A DNA stretch of 64,000 nucleotides from an uncultured Bifidobacterium sp. (GTDB lineage Bacteria > Actinomycetota > Acidimicrobiia > Acidimicrobiales > Ilumatobacteraceae), in NCBI GenBank assembly GCA_964629075.1, contig CAZVPL010000001.1, positions 39,016 through 103,015 on the forward strand, written 5' to 3'. The translations under genes were made by a program, and so were the position numbers. Every line of letters starts with the position of its first letter. The stretch's first letter is position 1. A model generated the notes under the pieces. That model saw nothing but the letters and a program-made list of their open reading frames with translations. It had not been told where the DNA came from and did not search any database. This document shows, one piece after another, positions 56,915 through 64,000 of the stretch.

Positions 56915-58117
56915 GTGGACGATCTCGGATTGCTGAAAAAGGAAGTCCTGGCAGACATCGATCGGCTTGCACCGATGATCATCGAGATCAGCCGGGACAT
57001 CCATGCCCATCCCGAACTCAACTTCGAAGAGACCCACGCCCACGCCACCCTCACCGACGCGTTGTCAGACAGATTCAACGGGGTGACACGGTCGGCCTAC
57101 GGAGTAGAAACCGCGTTTCACGCAACTCAGGGCAGCGAAAGTGGGCCCGGCGTCGGCGTCATTCTCGAGTACGACGCCCTGCCCGAAATCGGTCACGCCT
57201 GCGGCCACAACGTCATCGCTGCTGCCGGTCTCGGCGCGGCACTCGCTTTGCAGGCGGTTGTGTCGTCGACCGGCGGCCGACTCGAGGTCTACGGCACTCC
57301 GGCCGAGGAGGGCGGTGGCGGAAAGATCGCGATGGCCCGCAACGGGGCGTTTCGCGGACTCACGGCAGCAATGATGGTTCACCCCGCAGACGTCGACATC
57401 ACGTCGATGCGTGCGATCGCCATCCACGAATGCTGCGCAAAGTTCCATGGCGCCGAGGCGCACGCCGCCGCAGCCCCGCACATGGGACGCAATGCCCTCG
57501 ACGCCGCCGTCTTGGCGTACAACTCGATCGCAGCACTTCGTCAGCACATCCGACCGACGGAGCGCGTTCACGGCATCTTCACCCATGGTGGCGACAAGCC
57601 GAACATTGTGCCGAAGTACGCACAAATGAGCTGGTACGTCCGCTCGGACACGCTCGAGACCCTCGCGCCGCTGAAGGCACGGGTCGAAGCGTGTTTCCGC
57701 GGCGCAGCGCTTTCCACGGGTTGCGAGGTCGACCTCGAGTGGGAGGACCACGCCTATGCCGACGTGCGTGATTCTGTCGCGTTGCTCACTGCGTACGTCG
57801 ACAACGGGCGCGCCGTTGGCCGCGAGTTCCTCGCGCCGTCACCGAACAGCATGGTGGTCGGGTCGACCGACATGGGCAACGTGAGTTACCTCGCACCGTC
57901 CATTCACCCGATGATCCGGGTCGCTCCACGTGGCGTGCCCATTCACACGGCCCGATTCGCCGACTATGCAGGAGGGACCGAGGGCGACAAAGCCGCCCTC
58001 GACGGAGCCAAGATTCTGGCGATGACAGCCCTCGACGTGTGGGCCGACGCCGGTCTGCGGCGTGCCGTGGAGACCGAATTCGCCTCCATCGGGCCGCTGC
58101 CCGACGGCGTTCTCTGA
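56915..58117 (+). CDS. M20 family metallopeptidase/amidohydrolase
   Basis: IHAHPELNFEE, GHACGHNV, TPAEEGGGGK. GTG start. Confidence 0.85.
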   Translation: MDDLGLLKKEVLADIDRLAPMIIEISRDIHAHPELNFEETHAHATLTDALSDRFNGVTRSAYGVETAFHATQGSESGPGVGVILEYDALPEIGHACGHNVIAAAGLGAALALQAVVSSTGGRLEVYGTPAEEGGGGKIAMARNGAFRGLTAAMMVHPADVDITSMRAIAIHECCAKFHGAEAHAAAAPHMGRNALDAAVLAYNSIAALRQHIRPTERVHGIFTHGGDKPNIVPKYAQMSWYVRSDTLETLAPLKARVEACFRGAALSTGCEVDLEWEDHAYADVRDSVALLTAYVDNGRAVGREFLAPSPNSMVVGSTDMGNVSYLAPSIHPMIRVAPRGVPIHTARFADYAGGTEGDKAALDGAKILAMTALDVWADAGLRRAVETEFASIGPLPDGVL

Positions 58118-58160
58118 CACCCCACACGATCCCTCGCCAACACGGTCGGGACTCGTAGAG

Positions 58161-59774
58161 TTGGACGCCGTGACGGTCTACGTGCCCGAGGAGTTCACCC
58201 CCGCCGAGGCCGACATCCTGCGGCGTTATTTCACCAACCTTGACTCGCCCGTCTTTGCCCTCGTCAACCTGCCTGAGGTCGTGAAGGGCGCGCTCTTTGC
58301 CCGCTACAGCCGCAGCGCAAAAAGTTTGCGACGGCTGTTCCTCGATGAGTTCGTGGGCGAGCTTGACATTCGTGGTGACCAAACGTTTGACGCCACCGTC
58401 GGTGTGGCGCGGGCCGAAGATCTCTACGAGAAAGTCTTCGTCGAGTACGGCGACGACTCCGTGGCCCAACTCGGGGGAGTCCACCTCGCCTGCGAACAGG
58501 CCTCAAACATCCTCACGAAGATCCTCGAGTGGGGACGCTTGATGAGCTATCTCGAGCAGAGCACCCGTTACATCTCATACGACGTGCGTCTTGGTGGTCG
58601 GTACCGCTACTACCGCGATCCCGACATCCTCACCGGCAAGTTCGGCACCCGTTACGTCGGCGACATGGACCGCATGTTCGATTCCTACAGCGCGCTCGTC
58701 GAATCCCTCACCGACCATGTGAGGCGCGTGGTTCCTCAGGGTCCGAAGGACTCCGACTTCGTCTACCGACAAGCCACGCGGGCCAAGGCACTCGACGCCG
58801 TGCGTGGGGCGCTGCCATCCGCGGCGCTGTCGAACGTCGGCATTTACGGCAGCGGTCAGGCCTTCGAGTCACTGCTGTTGCGCATGCGTTCGAGCTCGCT
58901 GCCGGAGGCGAGGTTGTATGCCGACTTGATGCTCCAGGAATTACGCAAGGTCATTCCCAGCTTCCTGCGGCGCGTCGACCAACCCGACCGGGGTGGACGT
59001 TGGTCGCAATACCTCGTCGACACGGCCACCGAGACCGACCTCGCAGTGAGGGCGCTCTTCGACGAGATCGCCGACGACGACCCTGCCGAGTCGGTCACCC
59101 TCACAGATTTCGACCCTGACGGGGAAAACAAGCTTCTCGCCGCCATTTGCTATTCCCACACCAACCTCAGCGAGGCGACGATCTCCAAACGTATTGGGTC
59201 GATGTCGCACGATGAGAAGGTTTCACTCATCCGCGCCTACGTCGGCGATCGTTCGAACAGACGTCATCGACCGGGTCGCGCGTTTGAACGTACCGACTAT
59301 CGGTTCGACGTCTTGTCGGATTACGGAGCGTTTCGCGACCTCCAGCGCCACCGAATGCTCACCATCGAATGGCAACCGCTCACCCCCAATCACGGCTACG
59401 TCCGCCCGGATCTGGTTGATGATGCCGGCCAAGCCGGCGTTTTCGACGAAGTGATGGAGCGCAGCGCAGGTCTTTTCGACGCCCTTGCCAGCGAATACCC
59501 GGCGCAGGCGCCCTACGCGGTTTCCATGGCCTACAGAATCCGATACGTCATGCAGTTCAACGCCCGTGAGGCGATGCACATGCTCGAGCTTCGTTCGAGC
59601 CCTCAGGGACATCCGGCGTACCGGAAGGTTGCCCTCGACATGCACCGTCTCATTCGCGACGTCGCCGGGCACCGTGCGGTCGCGGATGCCATGACACACA
59701 TCACAACCGAGGCCCCCGAGCTCGAGCGTCTCGAGGCCGAGCGGCGCGCCGAGTCGCGCCGGAATATGTCCTGA
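58161..59774 (+). CDS. ThyX-like (FAD-dependent thymidylate synthase family) protein with two Thy1-like halves
   Basis: First half has WGRLMSYLEQSTRY (58530-58571). Second half has FRDLQRHRMLT (RHR at 59346-59354). Start is uncertain (TTG 58161 or GTG 58170). The ORF start at 58062 overlaps the M20 gene. Confidence 0.7.
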   Translation: MDAVTVYVPEEFTPAEADILRRYFTNLDSPVFALVNLPEVVKGALFARYSRSAKSLRRLFLDEFVGELDIRGDQTFDATVGVARAEDLYEKVFVEYGDDSVAQLGGVHLACEQASNILTKILEWGRLMSYLEQSTRYISYDVRLGGRYRYYRDPDILTGKFGTRYVGDMDRMFDSYSALVESLTDHVRRVVPQGPKDSDFVYRQATRAKALDAVRGALPSAALSNVGIYGSGQAFESLLLRMRSSSLPEARLYADLMLQELRKVIPSFLRRVDQPDRGGRWSQYLVDTATETDLAVRALFDEIADDDPAESVTLTDFDPDGENKLLAAICYSHTNLSEATISKRIGSMSHDEKVSLIRAYVGDRSNRRHRPGRAFERTDYRFDVLSDYGAFRDLQRHRMLTIEWQPLTPNHGYVRPDLVDDAGQAGVFDEVMERSAGLFDALASEYPAQAPYAVSMAYRIRYVMQFNAREAMHMLELRSSPQGHPAYRKVALDMHRLIRDVAGHRAVADAMTHITTEAPELERLEAERRAESRRNMS

Positions 59775-59930
59775 AGTTGTTCTGAAGTCGGTGGGTTGCC
59801 ACCCGTTCCCCACAAATTTGGGTGAATGGTGCCGTGAGCCCCTATGGTGCGCGCCTGAGACCCACTGGTCTGTCTAGTATCCCCGCGCAGATCGATCGTC
59901 AGAAGAGATCGAAAGAAAGGTTCGCTGTTC

Positions 59931-60506
59931 ATGGCAAGCAAGAAGGGCAAGCCCGAGAAGGCGGCCCCCAAGAAAGCCACCAACGACAAATCGAACAAGT
60001 CGGCGGGCAAAAAGAAGGCCGGCGGAGACGACGACGTCGACTCCGCCGACGAAGATCTCGAAGTCGAAGTCGAAGTCGAGATCGAAGAAGAGATTGATCC
60101 GGATATCGACGCCGAAGACATCGACCCTGACGAGCTCGACGAAGAAGAATTCGTCGCCGAGGCTGACGAGTTCGACGATGACGCCGAATTCGAAGACGAC
60201 GCCGAAGAAGAAGTCACGACCGTTGCCCGTCGCGCCGCGGAAGACGAAGACGACGAAGACCTCACGACGCCCGACGACGTCGAAGCCGATCTCGACACGA
60301 TTCTGAAGGATCGTCTCGTCGCGGCCGAAGACCAACCCGAAGAGGACGACGAGGAACAAGAAGTCGACGAGCGTTCCGTTGATGGCGACGCCCTTCAGCC
60401 TCGTCGGGCCGACGAAGAGATGTGCACGTCGTGTTTCCTTCTTGTGCGCCGTGCTGCGCCGAATTGCCCGGTCGGCGACGACGACTGTCCGATTTTCGCC
60501 CGCTGA
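59931..60506 (+). CDS. DUF4193 family protein with long Lys-rich/acidic N-terminal extension
   Basis: C-terminal EADLDTILKDRLVAAED...CTSCFLLVRRAAPNCPVGDDDCPIF matches my memory of DUF4193. The N-terminal ~110 aa are KK-rich then D/E-rich. Confidence 0.75.
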   Translation: MASKKGKPEKAAPKKATNDKSNKSAGKKKAGGDDDVDSADEDLEVEVEVEIEEEIDPDIDAEDIDPDELDEEEFVAEADEFDDDAEFEDDAEEEVTTVARRAAEDEDDEDLTTPDDVEADLDTILKDRLVAAEDQPEEDDEEQEVDERSVDGDALQPRRADEEMCTSCFLLVRRAAPNCPVGDDDCPIFAR

Positions 60507-60543
60507 TCACACGACTCCGAAACACCCTCGACGGCACGACATC

Positions 60544-60903
60544 ATGGATTCCGACCCCGTGGCCCTCGCCCGCGCAATCGAGCGGCACCTGCGCAATTCA
60601 CATGCCATCGGGAAGCTCATTGTCGACGGGGTGTGGACACGCCTCGTGGGTGGTGGCTCGCCGACACGTCGGGGGGGAGACGCACCCGCTGCAACGCCGC
60701 CTGATGCCGGTTCAACCGTCAAGGCACCCGTCACGGGCCTCCCACTCGCCGAGGCCGAGTGGGCACTTCTCAGTTCCGGGGACGTCGTGAACAAGATCGA
60801 CGAGTGCGACGATGCGACCGTTCGTGCAATCGGCGACTTCGAAGAGTCGCACAGGCGCCGTCGTCTCGTGATCGAAGCAGTTCGTCGAAGGCTCGGATCA
60901 TGA
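60544..60903 (+). CDS. hypothetical protein
   Basis: 119 aa starting MDSDPVALARAIERHL. Its stop overlaps the next start (ATGA at 60900-60903). Confidence 0.5.
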   Translation: MDSDPVALARAIERHLRNSHAIGKLIVDGVWTRLVGGGSPTRRGGDAPAATPPDAGSTVKAPVTGLPLAEAEWALLSSGDVVNKIDECDDATVRAIGDFEESHRRRRLVIEAVRRRLGS

Positions 60904-61265
60904 GCCCCGACGTGACCGATGATGTCGCGCGTGTCGCGTCGTGCATCACTGGATACCGCGCCAACCGAGCAGGACAGCGGGGGATCGATACCTACGCCTG
61001 GCTCGTCGATCTCCTCGGCGCACGGCCCGACTCACACAGCGTGGTGGTCACGGTTGGTGGCGCCACCGGCGTGGTGACCACGTCGAGCGGGTCAGCGGTA
61101 CTTCACAGCCTCGATGGCCCGGCGGACGACGCGTCAATCGTCATTGACCATGCGAGAACGCTGAACCCCGGCGTGACCGTCCGCGGCCTTGCGCTACCGG
61201 GCGATCGACACACGAAGAACCTCTTCGAAGAAGCGCGCATGCCGGCACAGTTGCTGGTGCACTGA
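60900..61265 (+). CDS. hypothetical protein
   Basis: 121 aa starting MSPDVTDDVARV. Translationally coupled to the previous ORF. Confidence 0.5.
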   Translation: MSPDVTDDVARVASCITGYRANRAGQRGIDTYAWLVDLLGARPDSHSVVVTVGGATGVVTTSSGSAVLHSLDGPADDASIVIDHARTLNPGVTVRGLALPGDRHTKNLFEEARMPAQLLVH

Positions 61266-61295
61266 ACACCGAAGCCCGGTGCGCACGAAAGTGAC

Positions 61296-62081
61296 TCAGC
61301 GACCCTTCCAGTTGGGAGCGCGCTTTTCGATGAAGGCGGTCAGACCCTCTTTGGTGTCCTCGGATGACATCACACCGGCAAATTCGGCATTGGTCATCTT
61401 GATGAGATTGGCGTCATTTTCGTAGGCCGCCGCCAGAACAACCTTGCGGCTGGCCCACACGGCGAGCGGTGCCGCGGCGCAGATTTTCTCGGCAAGCGAC
61501 AGCGCAGTCGGCATCACCTGATCCGGTGCCACGCAGTGGTTGACGAGGCCGAGTTCGTAGGCACGCTGTGCGGGTAGCGGTTCGCCGGTCAGGATGATCT
61601 CCATCGCAGCGGACTGGCCAATCGCGCGGGGCAACCGAAAAAGACCGCCCGCCCCTGCGATGAGGTTGCGCTTCACTTCGGCAAGACCGAAGGCCGAACG
61701 AGTCGAGGCAACCACCAAATCGCACGACAACACGATCTCGCAGCCTCCGGCGGTGGCGAGACCATCGACCGCGACGATGACAGGCTTGCGGCGGTCACGG
61801 TACGTGAGACCGGCGAAGCCACCACGCTGGGTGTTCAACGCCGCGGCGTTGCCAGAGTTGATGGCCTTCAGGTCGGCACCCGCACAGAAGACGGGCTTTT
61901 CCTGGCCCGCGGTATTCGCGGTGAGAATCGACACCCACACCTCATCGTCGGCTTCGATCTGGTCGATCGCCGACTCGACACCGCTCGCGACGTCTCCGTT
62001 GACGGCGTTGCGGGCTTCCGGACGGTTCAGCGTGATGATTCCCACGCGGCCGCGCTTTTCGTACTGGACGATGTCAGACAT
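61296..62081 (-). CDS. enoyl-CoA hydratase/isomerase (crotonase) family protein
   Basis: RVGIITLNRPEARNA, FCAGADLKA, C-terminal EGLTAFIEKR. Start at MSDIVQY (ATG 62081). Confidence 0.9.
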   Translation of the reverse strand: MSDIVQYEKRGRVGIITLNRPEARNAVNGDVASGVESAIDQIEADDEVWVSILTANTAGQEKPVFCAGADLKAINSGNAAALNTQRGGFAGLTYRDRRKPVIVAVDGLATAGGCEIVLSCDLVVASTRSAFGLAEVKRNLIAGAGGLFRLPRAIGQSAAMEIILTGEPLPAQRAYELGLVNHCVAPDQVMPTALSLAEKICAAAPLAVWASRKVVLAAAYENDANLIKMTNAEFAGVMSSEDTKEGLTAFIEKRAPNWKGR

Positions 62082-63348
62082 TTTCTGTGCTCGCTTCCTT
62101 CTTGCGCTCGGGACGGTTGGAGGGCCTGCCACCTCGCTTGTCGGGCGACTTCTTGTCGACGGGACGCGTGGGGCGCAACGGTCGGGGCATGGCAGCACCG
62201 GGAGCCACCGTGACGCCGAACTTTGCTGCAACCTGTGGCATCGCCGGAGCGAGACGGGTCACGCAGGCCAGAAGCTCGGGTGCAACGGCTGCCGGCACGC
62301 CCGGTGCCGACAACTGTGCGCGAACCGGGCTGAATGCAGCCGCCTCGAGCATCGCGATCCAACGGTCTGCGGGGGCGTCGACTTCGAGCGCTGCGGACGC
62401 CGCTGCCGCGAGGCGCCCCGCAAGCTCGGCGGGAAAACGTGCGCCGGCCTTTGGTGGTTGGGACGACAGCTTGAGGGCGCGCACGACACGACCGACTCCA
62501 AGAGCGGCATCGATGTCGGAGAGCCACTCGGCGTGATCCTTTTCCTGTCGCGCAGCCAAACCTTCCTTCAAGCGAGCCGCAATCGCACGAGTCGACTCGT
62601 CACGCGCAATTGCAGGATCGTCGCCCGTGGTGACGACCGAGCGAAGATCTCGCAGGTCGAGTGAGTCGAGATCGGCCACGGCTGCATCGGCACGGTCGAG
62701 CCACTCGGCGACACGAAGCTTCGGCAGCAGGTTTTCGGCCATGGTGACGAGACCATCGGCAGGAATCACTTCCTTGCCTTCGGCGGCGAGCACTTTGTTT
62801 TGCTCGACAACGGCGGCACGAACGGCGGGGATCCCACCTTGCAGAACCCGCTCGGCAATCGCACGCTGTGCTTCGGGCAACGATCCGAGTACCTCGTTGC
62901 GATGAACGCGACCGGGCTTCAGGCGCTTCGCCTTTGGACGCTGGGGCAGCTCGGGGGGCGGCGTGAATGGCCCACGACGTTTGCGTCCATCGGCTGTATC
63001 GGGCTTGTCTCCGCTTCGCTCGCCCCGCGGGGCGCGTTTGTCATCGCGACGCGGACGCTCTGCACGTGGAGCCTTGGTTTCGATCACCGGCTTGAAGGGT
63101 TTGTCGGATGCGAGGAGTTCGAGTTTGTTCGCCTTTTCGACGCGTTCTTTGCCGGCAACGACAGAGAGAATCGTGATGCCGTCGATGTCGAAGTCGGCTT
63201 CGACTTTCAACACGTCGCCGACCTTCGACCCTCCGCCGAGAACCGAACCTTCGAGGACGCCCTTCGGTTCACGTGCCCCGGCGGCCCGCCAGGTCCACGT
63301 GCCGTCCGGACGGCTGCTCGTGAGTTCGATTTCGATGCGACGCGACAT
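62074..63348 (-). CDS. hypothetical protein with basic low-complexity linker
   Basis: 424 aa. Compact N-terminal domain, an R/K/P-rich segment (PRRDDKRAPRGERSGDK...KAKRLKPGR), an Ala/Leu-rich helical C-terminal part and a basic tail. Overlaps the crotonase start by 8 nt. Confidence 0.6.
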   Translation of the reverse strand: MSRRIEIELTSSRPDGTWTWRAAGAREPKGVLEGSVLGGGSKVGDVLKVEADFDIDGITILSVVAGKERVEKANKLELLASDKPFKPVIETKAPRAERPRRDDKRAPRGERSGDKPDTADGRKRRGPFTPPPELPQRPKAKRLKPGRVHRNEVLGSLPEAQRAIAERVLQGGIPAVRAAVVEQNKVLAAEGKEVIPADGLVTMAENLLPKLRVAEWLDRADAAVADLDSLDLRDLRSVVTTGDDPAIARDESTRAIAARLKEGLAARQEKDHAEWLSDIDAALGVGRVVRALKLSSQPPKAGARFPAELAGRLAAAASAALEVDAPADRWIAMLEAAAFSPVRAQLSAPGVPAAVAPELLACVTRLAPAMPQVAAKFGVTVAPGAAMPRPLRPTRPVDKKSPDKRGGRPSNRPERKKEASTENV

Positions 63349-63431
63349 AGGGACACAACGCTAACGGGTGATTGCCCCGCCGTCTCATTCCTGACGGACC
63401 AACGGGAATCACCTCCGACTAGGGTTCCCGC

Positions 63432-63950
63432 GTGGCCATATACGCATTGGGCGATCAGGTACCCGATATTCACCCGACGGCATTCGTGCATCCCGATGCA
63501 ACCATCATCGGCAGCGTCACAATCGGTGCCGGATCCAGCATCTGGCCCGGAGCCGTGTTGCGCGGCGACGACGGCTACATCACAGTGGGTCGCGACACGT
63601 CAATCCAGGATGGAAGCGTGCTGCACACCACGCCGATGTGGCCCACGATCGTCGGAGACGAGTGCATCGTCGGCCACATCGTTCATCTCGAGGGGTGCAC
63701 GGTCGAGGACCGCGCCCAAGTTTCGAACGGGGCCATCGTGTTGCATCAGGTCATCGTGCGCACCGGTTCTATCGTCGCAGCGAACGCCGTTGTTCTCAAC
63801 GGTCTCGAGGTTCCTGCGGGCGCATTGGCGGTCGGCGCGCCCGCCGTCATCAAGGAAGGTCGAGCAAAGATGGATGTCGTCGCCATGGGCGTCAAGTCCT
63901 ACATCGACAAAGCTGCGCGCTACCGCGCGCAGATGCGCCGCATCGACTGA
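63432..63950 (+). CDS. gamma-carbonic anhydrase-like / hexapeptide-repeat (LbH) protein
   Basis: MAIYALGDQVPDIHPTAFVHPDATIIGSVTIGAGSSIWPGAVLRGD is typical of the YrdA/PaaY/gamma-CA family. GTG start. Confidence 0.85.
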   Translation: MAIYALGDQVPDIHPTAFVHPDATIIGSVTIGAGSSIWPGAVLRGDDGYITVGRDTSIQDGSVLHTTPMWPTIVGDECIVGHIVHLEGCTVEDRAQVSNGAIVLHQVIVRTGSIVAANAVVLNGLEVPAGALAVGAPAVIKEGRAKMDVVAMGVKSYIDKAARYRAQMRRID

Positions 63951-64000
63951 CGTGCTGACCCTCCTCGTGGTCGAGGTGCCCACAAGCGACGTCGAGTACG

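Noticed and set aside
59603-60298. 231-aa Ser-rich ORF (SSSSSSAARRATVVTSSSASSSNSASSS…)
   Set aside because: It is the mirror image of the GAx-rich acidic coding repeat of the DUF4193 gene on the plus strand. The serine run is a compositional artefact of reading GAC/GAA/GAG repeats in reverse.

Overview
GC-rich, densely packed chromosomal region that looks actinobacterial. Supporting this are a Pup-proteasome locus, GuaB1, DUF3151, DUF4193, TrmI and HelY, many ATGA/GTGA start-stop overlaps, and G/C-biased third codon positions. I call about 70 protein-coding genes on both strands. I found no rRNA, tRNA, CRISPR array, transposase, integrase or phage-like gene, so this reads as core genome rather than an accessory island. 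Modules from left to right:
- a heterodimer-type ABC exporter pair
- an oxidoreductase cluster (Zn-ADH, ThuA-like, two SDRs, PPOX-type)
- acyl-CoA synthetase and methyltransferase
- a secreted M23 peptidase
- TetR/PPOX, ctaA, nitronate monooxygenase, crotonase, an orphan J-domain protein, Sua5
- guaB1-cmk-plsC
- M18 aminopeptidase, DUF3151-MobA-like-rhodanese-RNase D
- typA, glcDEF, tkt-tal-LOG, nagA
- desaturase/TetR, an ADP-forming acyl-CoA synthetase coupled to PBP4, trmI, ferredoxin
- the complete arc-dop-pup-prcB-prcA-pafA locus, followed by lepB, tatA/B-tatC-helY
- M20 peptidase, a double-domain ThyX-like protein, DUF4193, several small hypotheticals, a second crotonase and a gamma-carbonic-anhydrase-like protein

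The most notable observation is a single in-frame TAG (46046-46048) in the proteasome ATPase gene arc/mpa. It sits exactly where the conserved Lys of RPGRLDV-K-IKIER is expected. Both flanking parts are in the same frame and the canonical GQYL C-terminus is still encoded. Pup ends in GGE rather than GGQ, and pafBC are absent from the position they occupy in M. tuberculosis. Other follow-up candidates are a 15-bp tandem repeat upstream of Sua5, a perfect 8-6-8 palindrome in the desaturase/TetR divergent promoter, and divergent genes with touching start codons. There is also a ThyX-like fusion with complementary degenerate motifs and several tightly operon-embedded small ORFs. I did not find a convincing new multi-gene system. 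All family assignments come from motif recognition by eye and need profile or BLAST confirmation.
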